Positions 1-12,090 of a DNA stretch of 64,000 bases are shown piece after piece. The notes beneath the pieces were generated by a model, which was not told the origin of the DNA, did not search any database, and worked only from the letters and a program-made list of their open reading frames with translations. The stretch comes from Paraspadella gotoi (Eukaryota > Animalia > Chaetognatha). A program made the position numbers and the translations under genes. The first letter of the stretch is position 1, and each line of letters begins with the position of its first letter. The stretch spans positions 13,594,414-13,658,413 of the forward strand of contig CM119263.1 in NCBI GenBank assembly GCA_051294375.1, written 5' to 3'.

Positions 1-424
1 TCGACTCTCTCCAACCCACCAGGGTGGGCCGATCCCCTAAATATAAGAGAGACCCGCGCCAGCAGAAAAAAAAAATTTAATTAATCCCGACGCGGAAGCT
101 GTTTTCCGACTGGTGACTACCGAAACTGTACAATACCCCGATGAACCAGTTTTCCACTTTCCTACTTTGCATTTTTTCCGGTTTTTCTTCCCTTTTTAAA
201 ACACAACCGACGAATTCAAAAAAGGTTCTGTCTTACCGAGTTCTCCTTTGGATTAAATTTTAGAGAAGGAGAGAGAATTTTTTCTTTCGCAGTGTTTTAG
301 ATCAGGTGTCCCGACTGGTCAGTTCGACGAAGGGGGGCGATTCCCCGTCTTCCTATTTCTCCGGCGCTGGAATATCGGCGCTCGGCCCCCGCGGCGTCGC
401 TTCTCGGCGTCGTTCGTCGCCACG

Positions 425-3229
425 ATGCTCGTCAATGTCCGGGTCCTTCGTATTTTCGCGATCCTCATCTCTTTCCTTCGATCCTTCGCTCGATCGGAGA
501 CGATGTTGTGGCCGGAGGACGCGACGCACGTCCTCGTGAAAGACGAATCCTCGGGTGAGTGGAAGCGATAATACGGATTTAAAAAAATTGAAGAATTAGA
601 GTGTCAACGGAGTAAAATATATAAAATACAGGGAGGTCCAGCTATTTTCGGAAAAAGTTTATGTACTTACAGCTCGAGAGATGGGGGAAAAAAAAACCAT
701 ACTCTTTCGTTCAATACCCAATTTGACCAAAAAATCGTCCCGTCACTGTCTTAATTTACTCCTTTTGCGTGACATGTTAAATTTTTTTCGCGCCCTTAAC
801 AAAATTGGAGAATTTATTCAGTTCTCCTGACTGTGAACCCCTAGCCTTTGAGGAATGGGAGGTGCTCAAGCCAGAAGTCAAACGCGTCTCCTTCATAACA
901 TAACCGTCCACTTTCTGAAAGCGGCCATAGACATAGTGGTAGGAATCGAGGCTTTTCTACCAGGCAGTAGCTTGCTTAGCCTTTTATGGGTGCTTGCAAA
1001 AGGTTTTTGTCCTTATAAATTTTTGCACTTGAACAAATTCATCTTCAATTACAGTCATATTTACCAATCCAAATGAATTGTTTAATATTTTCCTAAAAGA
1101 GCTGGACCTCCCTGTATAAAATTGGAGGTATTCCTTGACAACGAAATCGGGAAGCGTCTCTATTTACTTACTCAACTTAACATAATTTTACTAAATCAGT
1201 AAATATAAATTACGGCAACCTTATGCCGGAACCACTTTTCCGATCAATGATAAATTTCTGAAAATAATTTCTCCTGGTTTTTGAGTTGGTATAACAGAGT
1301 GGCCAACTGGGATCAAAGCCATAGCGACGAAAACGTCGTCGCCACAATAGATAAATTTTCAAGTTTTTTAATCGACTTTTAACGTCGAATTTAGAAATTA
1401 TGCATCTTTCACAATTCACAATTCACCTTATCTTTTCGTAACTTACTCTTTAGATTCTCCAATTTTTCGCGAATGGCGAGAGGCTAGACTCACCCGCTAC
1501 CTTTACAAGGTGCGTGATAGACGCGGTTCCAAATTCCGACACGTCTTCCTCCGTAGAGACAGACTCTACAAGGACGAGCAGATCCCCGTGACTTCACTCC
1601 CGATGGGGGAAAGGGTTCTTGTCAAAGTTTTGGTCAATGCACCTGGGAAGATTATCAATTTAGCCAGTGAGTATTTTGGGGGTGGAGGGATCAAGTCCCT
1701 GTTTTATGTTTGTTTGTTTTTTATCGTCGGATGTCATACAAATTTTTACATAATTTAAAAAATTGTAATTTTATCATTGTTTACACTTCATTTTACCAAG
1801 TAACAGATCATTTTACGTAATTTAAAATATTGTTCGAAGTATATATGACGCAAAAATTTTAAAAAAGAGCTTGTTACGGTGATACCCTTTGCGTCGAAGT
1901 CATGTTTCTGAATCTGTTACGAAAAAACGTTAAGAAATTCATACCGTAATTGGGATTTAATGTTTCTGTAACAAACTTTTCTGTAAAAAGCATTTATTAC
2001 AGTGTTAATTCGATTATATTCACTTCTCGAGTCGAATCTCGCTCCAGACGAAGAATGCTCCAACGAATGTTGGCTGTCGGGAGTCGTCGTTGCCAACTCC
2101 ACGGGGTCCCACACGGTCGCCGTCAACGAGTCCTGCGTTCCCGACACGCTGGTCAAAGAGTTGGAATTCGTTCGACTCAACCACGAGATTCGGTTACATC
2201 CGGGGAGCCCGCGTTTCCGATCAAGAGTGAGAAAATCGTCAAGATACGGAGGGTAGAAGACAGATTGCTTCAGCAGCTTGGATCACTCATGATTGCCTTT
2301 AGGTACCTGAAGATTGGATCTGTCGCGGGAAAACCGTCCGGTTGAACCTCTTCTACACCAAAGACGACGCCGACGACGCCGATCCGTGTCGCCGCTATTT
2401 CCCCAGCGTTCTCGACGGATTCTACTACGAAGCCAAAGCTCGGAAATCGGTGGCCTTCACCCCCGGCGCCCGCCCCGGCACCGGCTTCCCCTCCGACGTC
2501 TTCGTCGCCCGCGTCAACGAGACGACCTTCGACAAGATCGTCCGCGACGCCGCCATCGAACCCTTCGCCAGCACCAACAACAAGTTCGTCCTCGTCCGAC
2601 GCGACAACGTCTGGATGAAGGGCCTCGTCCAGCGAAATCTCGAGATCAAGGGAGAAATGACGGTCTTGTTGGCGGAGACGTCGGAGCTCTCTTCCTTTCG
2701 CTACGAAGACATTCGTCTCATGGACGCGTTAGTGGCGCATCCTTGCGAGCCCAGAGACGATGGCGTCTTTCTAGGGTCGCCCACTTTCTTCGCCATCGTC
2801 GGCGGTGCCGTCACCGTCGTCGTTCTCGTCGTCGTCCTCGTCGTTTTTTCCTTCAAGCGGAGAGCGCGTCGACGCGAAGACGCTGCCGCTGCCGCCGCTG
2901 CTGCCGTCGTCCTGCGGGACCTACCCACGAATAAACACTGGGACGTTTTCTTCTCCTCCGATCCGCGGATCAGCCACGCATACGCCGTCATCGACGGAGA
3001 ACTGGAAACGCCCGTCGGGGGGCAGTATGAGACTCCGGGTGCCTCGCCGGGACCGATCTATCAGGAAGTGGAGACCCTGGATGTCGGCCAAGACGTCGGC
3101 CTTGTCGGCGGAAGGGTCGTCAAGGCGACAGTCAGTAACCCGTATACCAAGAAACAAGTCGATCCCTATGTGAGTTATTATAATGTGTAGTAGTAATCTA
3201 GAAGAAAGAAAGAAATAAAGAAAGAAATA

Positions 3230-3321
<92 letters not shown>

Positions 3322-3894
3322 AAAAAAAATAGAAGGGGAAAAAAGAAAGGTAGTTTAAAGAAAAAAAAGAAAAAGAAAATTCAGTCGAATAAAAAAAAAA
3401 ATAACTTAAACAAGAAGTCAATCAAATTTTCCCCTAATCTATCCCTTCCAAAGCAAATCGGATCCATCCATCTCCTCCAAGATAAAGACTACTCTCACGT
3501 CTTGCGAAGTTCCCAAGAGAATCTCGCCGAGCGAATCAACTCGACGACAAAGAGTCGAGACGACGCGAGGACCGCGGAGTCCGGCTACAATCGCTTGGCC
3601 GACGCGGGACTCCAAGCCGACGCGGGCGACGACTTCGACTACGAGTTCGCTGAAGTCGTTGGCCGAGGGAAGATCGACGGGCCGCTGGAGGGCGGATACG
3701 GGGGTGAAGTCTTTCAGGGCCGCGAAGATGACAACGACAGTTATAAAAGATTCCCGTTCAACGGCGGCAACTTCGTCGTCGACTATCAACGGCGAGCGGA
3801 CGATGCGAGTCCCCCGGAATCGCCCGTCGATTTGGCGGAAAACGCCCCTTCTCCTCGCTACACTCCAGTGGCGAGGAAGACTGAAACAATTTGA
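425..3894 (+). CDS. Orphan type I transmembrane protein A (~609 aa): signal peptide, Tudor/SH3-like ectodomain repeats, TM helix, Tyr-rich tail
   Basis: Phase-consistent GT-AG exons 425-554, 1454-1666, ~2048-2226 (in-phase alternative acceptors at 1991 and 2003), 2303-3169, 3454-3894; 1830 nt in total. N-terminal MLVNVRVLRIFAILISFLRSFARS is signal-like. TM FFAIVGGAVTVVVLVVVLVVFSF is followed by KRRARRR. Sequons NST, NES, NET lie before the TM. C-terminus is TETI. Confidence 0.8.
629..1114. mobile_element. Tc1/mariner-type MITE in intron 1 of gene A
   Basis: Terminal inverted repeats CAGGGAGGTCCAGCT...AGCTGGACCTCCCTG (extending to ~26 bp with 2 mismatches). TA flanks both ends (627-628, 1115-1116). 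No transposase. Confidence 0.85.
3201..3330. repeat. (AAAG)n microsatellite in gene A intron 4
   Basis: Direct reading. Similar tracts lie near 6100, 34110, 52750 and 60970-61130. Confidence 0.95.
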
Positions 3895-4715
3895 TTGATG
3901 ACGGATGATGATCCTGATTGATGATGGCGATGAGAATGACGATTTTGATGATGATGATTATGATGATCATGAAGACGATGAACACAATGATGACGACGAA
4001 TCACTAGCTTTAAAAAAATATTCTCTGTGGCAAACTTTTTTAGCTCAATTTTTTTTTTCTCTGATGTCTTAACTTGTTTGTCTTTTCGTAAAAGAGAAAA
4101 TTTTAAGAGAGAAGCTGAAACCTTGTTTGCGCTTTAAAGCCTCCAGCGAAAATTTTCAGGACTGTGTAAAAACATCCAATGATAACTCTTTTTTTTTTGT
4201 TTAATGCTTATTACTTNNNNNNNNNNAAAGTACGATAGTATAATTTATATTTAAATTTTTTTTGTACTTGTACTGATTCAATATTTTTGTGAGTTCCTTC
4301 CCCGACTCGTTCACATTATCTTTTAAAAATTAATTTCAGCTTAAAAAAAGTTGTCATCAAGTTTTTTGCTAGATTCAACACAAGATCTTAATGACGTGTT
4401 CTGTAGCATAATTGGCTATACACGCGACCAAATACGACCAACGAAAGTTTCGGCGCCCAAGCTTCCCCAAAACCGGTTTTCAAAGCAACAGTTTTCGACG
4501 TCTCAAGTAAATTTGATTTTAATTCAAATTTTTTAATGCATTTCCTCCTCACATTTTGTCGTCATTGATTTTAAAAAAACTGAATGAAAATCAAGGGTCG
4601 ATATTGTCATTAATATTCGGGCGCCGATTTCCGTTCCTAATTTCCTCCGCTCTGACTTTATTCCGAAACTCGACCCGTCGCGGTCGGATGTCGTGACTCA
4701 ACTTTTTCTTCACTC

Positions 4716-4768
<53 letters not shown>

Positions 4769-5289
4769 TTCTCTCTCTCTCTTTCTCTTCTCTCCCACTC
4801 CTCCTTTCGAATCCAGTCAAATTACGATTTTCTCCCCTCGTCCGAACCGCAGAGTTGACCAGATTACATTTACGCAAACAAAATTCTTCTCGATTTTAAT
4901 TCGCTTAGCGGAGTTTTCGAGTTCTCCGATTCTAGGCCTCTCCAGAAATTCCCCCTTTGGCCCCCTTTTTTTTTAAAGGCCCGACCCCTCAAATTAGAAA
5001 TTGAATTCTCCGTCAGAATTCTCTATTCCCGCTCTTCCCTTTTTTTTCCTTTTTTTCGCGTCTCTTTCCTTCCATCCCAGTTCCCCCCCCCCAGAGTTTC
5101 TTCCAGTAAAACTTTGTAAATGTAGACGAAGAAACTGATTCCTTTTTTTTATAATAAAGGAAATGATCTCGTGCGAACGAAACTGGAAAACTTTAAACTG
5201 GTGGGAAATTAAGCGACGACGAGGACAACGACGACGACAACGAAGGAGATAAGAGTCGAAAAACATTGTTTGCCTTCGATTCCCGCATC

Positions 5290-6122
5290 ATGGAAGCTCC
5301 TCCACTTTTTCATCGTCGCGAAATGTTTCTAAAATTTTTCTCCCTCATTGCCGTCGTCGTTGCGACGATGACAATGACGGCGACGACGACAACGATAACT
5401 CAAGTCATCGACGCCAACCAAGGACAATCGATTCTCTTTCGTTACCGAACCTACACTGACGGTCACGTGCTTTACAAGACGGGCGAGATGAACGGATACG
5501 CTTACAAGTATAATATATATATATCTATTTGAATTGTTACTTTATCTTAAGCTAATTTACGTAATTCGACAGCAAAGATACATTCATAAACCAATATTTT
5601 TTGCCATGTGTTCACATTTAACCTCAGGATTGTCGACGAGTTTGACAAAACGTTCAACTCTTACGGCGAAGATCATCTCTACGCTCAGCATCAGGAAACG
5701 CCGGAACGTCTCGCCGATGGATCGTCCGTCATCGTCCAACATGTCAACGGGACTTGGCTCGAAGGCGACGTCGAGGCTTTCGATAACGAACTCGACACTT
5801 ATCGAGTCAAGGTGCTTTTATTATGACAAGAAAATTAAGAAAAGGGGGACGTTGGACTGTGAAGGATTACGGGTTTTATGTAGAATGAAAATACTACTGG
5901 ATGACTGAAAAGAATAACTTTTATATATTTTTTTCTTTCTTTCTTTCTGAGGCGACTTACCACCGGTCTCACTCTCTAAATCTTTCTCTCTCCTCTTTCT
6001 CTCCGAGCCAGTCTATCCACACGGTCACTTTGCCTTAGAAAGAGCAAAGAGGAAGGGTTTATAGAGATTAGAGAAAGACCGGTGGTAAGTCGCCTCATTT
6101 CTTTCTTCTTCTTTCTTTCTTT

Positions 6123-6154
<32 letters not shown>

Positions 6155-8104
6155 TCATGACTATTATAGATCAGAAGCCAACAATAGACATTAGATAGTC
6201 AACAAAAGCAGAAATGTCTCTCTACTTGAAATGAAAAACACTCCTCAATCTACATCCAATTAGGTGACCGGCTGCGACGGCGTCCGACGCGTCGTTCATT
6301 CGAAGACCCTCCGACTGTCGCCTAGCAACGCACGCTTCAACGAATCCGAAGATTGGAAGTGCGACGCTGGAACGAAGAGCCTCGTCTTTTATCGTCAGCA
6401 CATCGGGGAGGGGTCGTGCCCGACGCTCCGGCTGGGAAAGTTTGAGGCCGTCCAGTTCGTGGTGAGGATGACGCCGTCGTTGACGCTGCGTTACGAGGAT
6501 TTGCGAGTAGGCGACGACAAGCACGTCGCCCTCGATCGAAAGAAGAATGAGGTAGGTTGAATCCGGAACAATTCTGTACAATTAAATTCTGGTCGTCATC
6601 GCATATCCTTTCCTTTTTGTTTCAGTACGAAATCGACGACAGCGTCCTCTATCTCAACACCTTTAACAAAAATTGGTTCTCCGGCAAAATAATAAACTTC
6701 CGCCTCGTCCCCGGTTTTTATTTCTACACCATCCGGGCGGACGCCCCCGGACACAGCCGTAACTCTACAATCCGCCTTCACTCCAACATCCCTGCCTCTC
6801 TCATCCGACCCTTGAACTACACCGTGGCGAGTCCCTGCCACACCGTCTCTCCCACGCCCACCTTGACTCCCCCTCCGGGCGCCATCCCCGCCGGCGCCAT
6901 TGCCGCCATCGTCATCGTCGTTTTCATCGCCGTCGTCGGCGTCGCTTCTTTCGTCGTCTTCCGCTTCTACCGCAAATCGGAGCTGAAGCGGAAGTCGCGT
7001 CGAACCCGGATGTCGGTGATGGCGCGAGACGGCGTCGTTCATCGTCCCGATCCGAGACTGGTCCTCGACGCCGGCGTCCCCGTCTGGACGCCCATGGCCA
7101 CGCCACAGCACCCGCCAACGCCGCCTCCCGCCCGACGAAAGATTCCCCGTCAGGACAACGACGACATCTACGCGGAAATTCGGGACAACGACAACAACTA
7201 CGCTCTCGTCAAGTACGACGATGACTCAGGAAAGGACGACGACGACGACGCTTTCTCTGTAGCCAAGACCGACTCGCCCGGTTCCGGGTGGCCCCAAGAA
7301 GCCTACGACGTCCCCGATCGATCCGGCAGCCGATATGACATTCCCGGCGCCCTCGAAGGCTCGAGGAACTCCATCAACGCGATGATGGCGGCGCTCGCAC
7401 CGACGCGCCCGGAAAATTGGACGCCGACTTCCTTCGCCGACCGGAAGTTCGCCTCCATGGCGAATCTCGACACCTACGATATGGCGCCGACGCCGACTCG
7501 CGACGCCGTTCGCAAGTCAATCGACCAACTTAACTACGACGTCCCTTCCTGCAATCGGCCTCGGAGGAAGCCTCCCGGCGGCGTCGCTGAGCCCGAGTTC
7601 GCGACGACGCCGCGATCGCGGAGGCGGCGTCGCTCGCTGCAGGACGTGCGTCCGCCGCCGCTGCCGAGGCCCAACCCCCCGCCGCTCCCGAAGGCCAACC
7701 CGCCGCCCCTGCCCGATTCTAACCGAAAACCCAGGAAACTAGTGCGGAAGGAGTCGAACCTGTACGCCGAGATCGACTTTAAACGGACGGACACGCCGAG
7801 CGGGTCAATCGGCGCCGGAATTGGACAAGAATCGGCGCCGGGAACCCCGGGCGTTGGGCGCGCTCTCTCCAAGTACAGCCAAGTTATGAGGGAATTGGAG
7901 GAACCTGTAGATTCGATGAACGGCAATGACGGCGATGACGACGACGAGTTCGAAGAAATGAGAGATCAGATTTCTCCGCCGACGGAGATGGCGCCTCTGG
8001 TGGAAAAAAAGGGAGAGAAAGTCGGAAGGTCACAGACGGTAAATCATGGAAAGTCCACAGGCAAACCCCCCATCTACGCTCGGGTTCGGAAATCTGTGTC
8101 GTAA
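5290..8104 (+). CDS. Orphan type I transmembrane protein B (~722 aa), paralogue of gene A, with YDxP/IYA/PPPLP-rich tail
   Basis: Exons 5290-5507, 5628-5811, 6264-6551, 6626-8104; 2169 nt, phases consistent; alternative ATG at 5323. Signal-like MFLKFFSLIAVVVATMTMTA. TM AIAAIVIVVFIAVVGVASFVVF is followed by RFYRKSELKRKSRR. Sequons NGT, NES, NST, NYT lie before the TM. Shares Y.YK..D...F...D.LY and RL.P...RF...EDW.C...L.FY blocks with gene A. Confidence 0.85.
5948..6097. mobile_element. Small (~150 bp) inverted-repeat element inserted in a (TTTC)n tract
   Basis: TGAGGCGACTTACCACCGGTCT at the left end and its perfect reverse complement AGACCGGTGGTAAGTCGCCTCA at the right end. Confidence 0.7.
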
Positions 8105-8627
8105 ATATTTATATTTGTACTGTTGCGCTTTAAATACTTGTTTTTTATGGGTTTCATGTGGTGAACGTTCCGTGAATTATTTTATTTCGACATGCTTTAC
8201 AATTTCTTTAAAGTCGACACAACTCGTTTTAAACTTTTTTTATCATTTCACTGATTTACTTGCCTCTAGCACCAACAACCGCTGATGAACTGTTGGTGGA
8301 TTTTAGTCCACCATACTAGCTAAAGAAGTCCGAACATTTTGGATCTTATTTTCCTAGAACGCAACATTTCATCCTAAATTTTGTATTGAATTAATTTTAG
8401 GTTTAAAAATTAGGTTAAAGGTTAAGAATTATGGAAAGGATTAAGGTTGCAGGTTTGGTTAGTTGAGCGTTTGGGATTACTGTTAAGGATTAAGGTTTAG
8501 GTAGGGGTAGCCGCACTCAATGGGGTGAGTCAAAAATTTAGAGTACAAGCTCAAACAAAAATTTATACATTTTTAAGTATACTTTCAATATACAAAAAAT
8601 TTCTTATATGGTTCTATAGTCTATACC

Positions 8628-9000
8628 CTAGTAATTAATTTTTTAATATTTATTTATAGATAGGAAAGCCCAAAAATCTTTTTTAGAAATTGTATATTTT
8701 AAGACCAGATTCAGATAGCTTATTAAAAGTTGTCAACACAAAGTATATTTCTTTTTTAAATATTTTTATGATAAGTAGATCAAAAATAAGAAAAACCATA
8801 AAAAAATCGTCATCATCATCATCTTTTGATAATTTTATCATTTTTTTTAAATTTTTACTAAAAAAAATATAAGAATTTTTAAAAGCTGTAATTATATTTC
8901 TTGTTTAACTTTTTATCCTCTATCAGAATCCATTAAAAAATTTTAAGATTTAAAAAAAAAAATATTTCTTTTTATAGTAATATAATAATTTTAATTAGAA
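8628..9000. repeat. Dispersed AT-rich repeat, copy 1 (putative non-autonomous transposon)
   Basis: Co-linear similarity to ~41052-41400 (TAGTAATT...TATTTATTTATAGATAGGAAA...CAGATTC.GATAGCTTA...AAGTAT...GTAATTATATTT). Boundaries are approximate. Confidence 0.75.
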
Positions 9001-9310
9001 AAAATAATTTTTGATAAAAAATATTTTAATACTATAATCTATGCTCATGATAGATTATTTTAACGTTGTATACATTAGCATTTAAATTTTATCAGCTAAT
9101 TTCTAAAGAATACTACTAAATATAGCTCACTATAAAAATTAAAGAATATAAAATTTTTTTTTAGAAATTAATATTCACAATGTTCATATTTTGCTTTCAC
9201 TATGCTCGACTGATTAGGGTTAGGAATTAAGGTTTAAAACAATTAGGTTATGGGTTTAATAATTAACAAAGTTTGATTTTATTTTTGCAACGAATTTTAT
9301 TTTTACAAGA

Positions 9311-9351
9311 GCAGACATGTTTCGGCTTACAGTACGAGCCTTCATCAGCGC
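9311..9351 (-). ncRNA. Minimal type I hammerhead ribozyme motif (Penelope-like element type)
   Basis: Minus strand reads GCG-CUGAUGA-A-GGCU(cguacugua)AGCC-GAAA-CAUG-UC-UGC. It has the conserved core, a 4-bp stem II, a palindromic ACAUGU stem III, a GUC cleavage triplet and a 3-bp stem I. Confidence 0.7.
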
Positions 9352-9393
9352 ATATGAGTTGTGAACTTGATACAAGTTTTTAGTTAAAGAAAC

Positions 9394-9486
<93 letters not shown>

Positions 9487-9860
9487 TAAAGGTTTCCAAC
9501 AAAGAATTGAATAAGGACAGTGATCAGTGGTGAGGACAGATTTTTAGAAGGGTTTAATAATAAATTAAGATTAGCTATTAAGTTTAAAATAAAGTTCAGC
9601 AATTAAGGAACAAAAATGAGGCGCTCTAGGAAAGGAGAGCCAAATTTTGAATAGCAGAAAATTGATATTTCACATTCAGGTATTTTAATTTTTCAATCTT
9701 CATTCTTTGTCTATTTTTTTTTCCACAATTAAAAATTCAGAAATTTGTCGGGTTTTTTATAATTTTTTTTTAATCACTTCATAGAATTGAAAGAGCTCTT
9801 CTTATCTACAAAAACGCTATATATCGAATATCAATAAAATCATGACATTAATAACGACCC

Positions 9861-11737
9861 TCATTGAAATCGAGTCCCTTCCAATTTCCTGCCCGCGAAT
9901 CCAGATTTAAGGTTTGTGTCGATGTCCTCGCTCAACGAGTGAAGTTGGGAGATGAGGAAATCCAGTTTGGAAGCGGCGCCGGCATCTGAACCGGCAGAGG
10001 CGCCATCGGCGATGAAGGCGCGATCTTCCGGTGGCGACGAAATAAGCAAGGGTGTCGCTTCGGAACTTGCGATTGTTAGTACCTTGAACGTTCGCGGTTC
10101 TTGTTGTCGTTGTTGTTGCGACGTTCGTGACATTTCGCCGCCTTGGGCAATTAGCGAGACTTCGGGCGCGGAGATCGCTACCGGATATTTTAGGAACTCG
10201 TCTGGTTTTTCAATAGCCGCAAAAACGACGCCGTCCGAAACGGCGCGGTTTTCCGCTCCGCCGACGTCAACGCCGCTCCTTGCCTCGTTCTCGTCCGGCG
10301 CCGTTCGATCCTCTTCGATGTTCTTTTGTCCGAAGAGATCGAGGGATTTGGGGACGGCGCTTCGGTTCTCCCCCGTGTTTTTCCTCAATTCCGGCGTGGA
10401 ATACGAGGCGTCGCGCTTCCCCTTTAACGCTTTTCGTCGCTCGGGAGAGTCTTCCTCCATGGCGGCGTTGCGGGTTCGATCTGGGGAAAAGATAAAAGAG
10501 TCCTTAAATGTGAATCGCTTAACCGTCAATGGGAACTTGACAGTTCCATGATCTCTATTAAGTTGGTTAGATTAGTACATCACATGTGGGAAATAAAAAA
10601 CATACCTTCATTTAAGAGTAACATGAAATGGTTCAAAAGGGTCTTTATTCATAATAACTTGGTAGAAATACAAACATTTTAATCGATATAGATTTGACTT
10701 AATTTATTATTTTGTGGATGGTTACAACATTTGTAAAGGATATCCAAAATTTGTTTTCGAGAAATTAAGTTTTAATTTAATTCTAAAAAAATCAAATCTG
10801 CTCGATTCTTATGACCGCCAGAAACAGTCTAAAGCAACAAACACAGCGATGCTTCGTGGTAGTCAAAATCTTCGTAAATTATCTACATAATTGAATTACA
10901 TTCTTGAGTGATTGTTGAAAAAGCAAAAAGCGCGGTTTGAGTGAGTGTTAGCAATTGATAAAAGCCGTTGAGGAAATCGGGCAGCGCGAATCCAAGACTT
11001 CGCTTTCGAAGAGAAATTGAAACTGTAAACCTATATTTCTGAAAATCGGAGGACGCCAAAGGTTTTCTGGAAAGGGTGTAAAGCTTTTCGTGTTTACAAA
11101 ACAGTGAAAAGAAAGAGAAGAGTCGGTATTAAGTTGTTTTCTTTTTTCATCTCTAAAAATCGAGTTCGGCGAAATTTCGTTTGAAGATTCGCGTTTTGAT
11201 TTAGATTTGCCGGAATAAGAAACACATCTCGCCCGGAGTTGAACGCAAATCAAATCAAAACCCGCTAATTTCGCCACGAGATCACAGAGACAATTCACAC
11301 GACTCACGAGTGACTTTCTCGGCTCCGCCTCCGCCGTCATCGTCGGGCAGCGTCTCGTGGTGGTGATCCGAGTAGAGGGGGGTGTTGGTGATGTCGAATT
11401 CCACCTCCGACGCCCAACGCTCCTCCGTCGTCGCCGCGAGGTTCTTCAACTCGGTCTTTAAGCCTTTGTTGACCCATTCGGAGATCTTGAGGCTACAGGC
11501 GCAGATGAGCACGAGGATGACGACGAGCGGGATGATGACGTAACTGGCGTGCTTCGGCGGCGTCGGCGGCGGATCCGGCAGGACGGTCGGAGAAGAATCC
11601 GATTCCCGCTGGAACCGGCGTACTGAGGAACTGTTACCTGCGTTGTGCAATCCGTCGGGCAGGGGAAGAGTTGAAGTCGTTGTGATCAAACAAAATGAGA
11701 GGAAAACGAGTTTACGAATGAAAACAATCAGATGCAT
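9861..11737 (-). CDS. Orphan small type I membrane protein C (~349 aa)
   Basis: Exons 11737-11308 and 10480-9861, phase-1 GT-AG intron, 1050 nt. Signal-like MHLIVFIRKLVFLSFCLITTTST, then a ~40-aa Pro/Ser/Thr-rich ectodomain with an NSS sequon, TM YVIIPLVVILVLICACSL, and a long low-complexity tail. Confidence 0.7.
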
Positions 11738-12031
11738 TTCGTCGATGCGGCGGACCTTTTGGTTTGTTTCATTAAGTTCTTTTTTGTTGTTGTTGTAAAC
11801 CTCCAGTAATTAGCAGGTTCTTGACCGGTGTTCAGGCTTTTCTAATTCCTGCGTAATGTGTTTTCTGCTCTAAAATTGTTCTCGTTTTTGAGCGAACATA
11901 TAAGAGGATGCTATTATTCGGATCGAAAAAAAGAAATTAGTCGTCTTTCTTTATTTCTTTTTTTTTTCTTTTAGTTTTCGGTCTTCTTTGTTCGCATGAA
12001 AACGATGATATGAAGCACATTTTAAATTCTC

Positions 12032-12090
<59 letters not shown>

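Noticed and set aside
2314-2991. Overlapping and antisense ORFs over GC-rich exons (also at 6596-7926, 9952-10551, 44194-44939)
   Set aside because: These are shadow frames of the real coding exons.
8281-8340. CTGATGA followed by the hairpin TGGTGGA-TTTTAG-TCCACCA as a second hammerhead
   Set aside because: No GAAA directly closes stem II, and no stem III or cleavage triplet is present.
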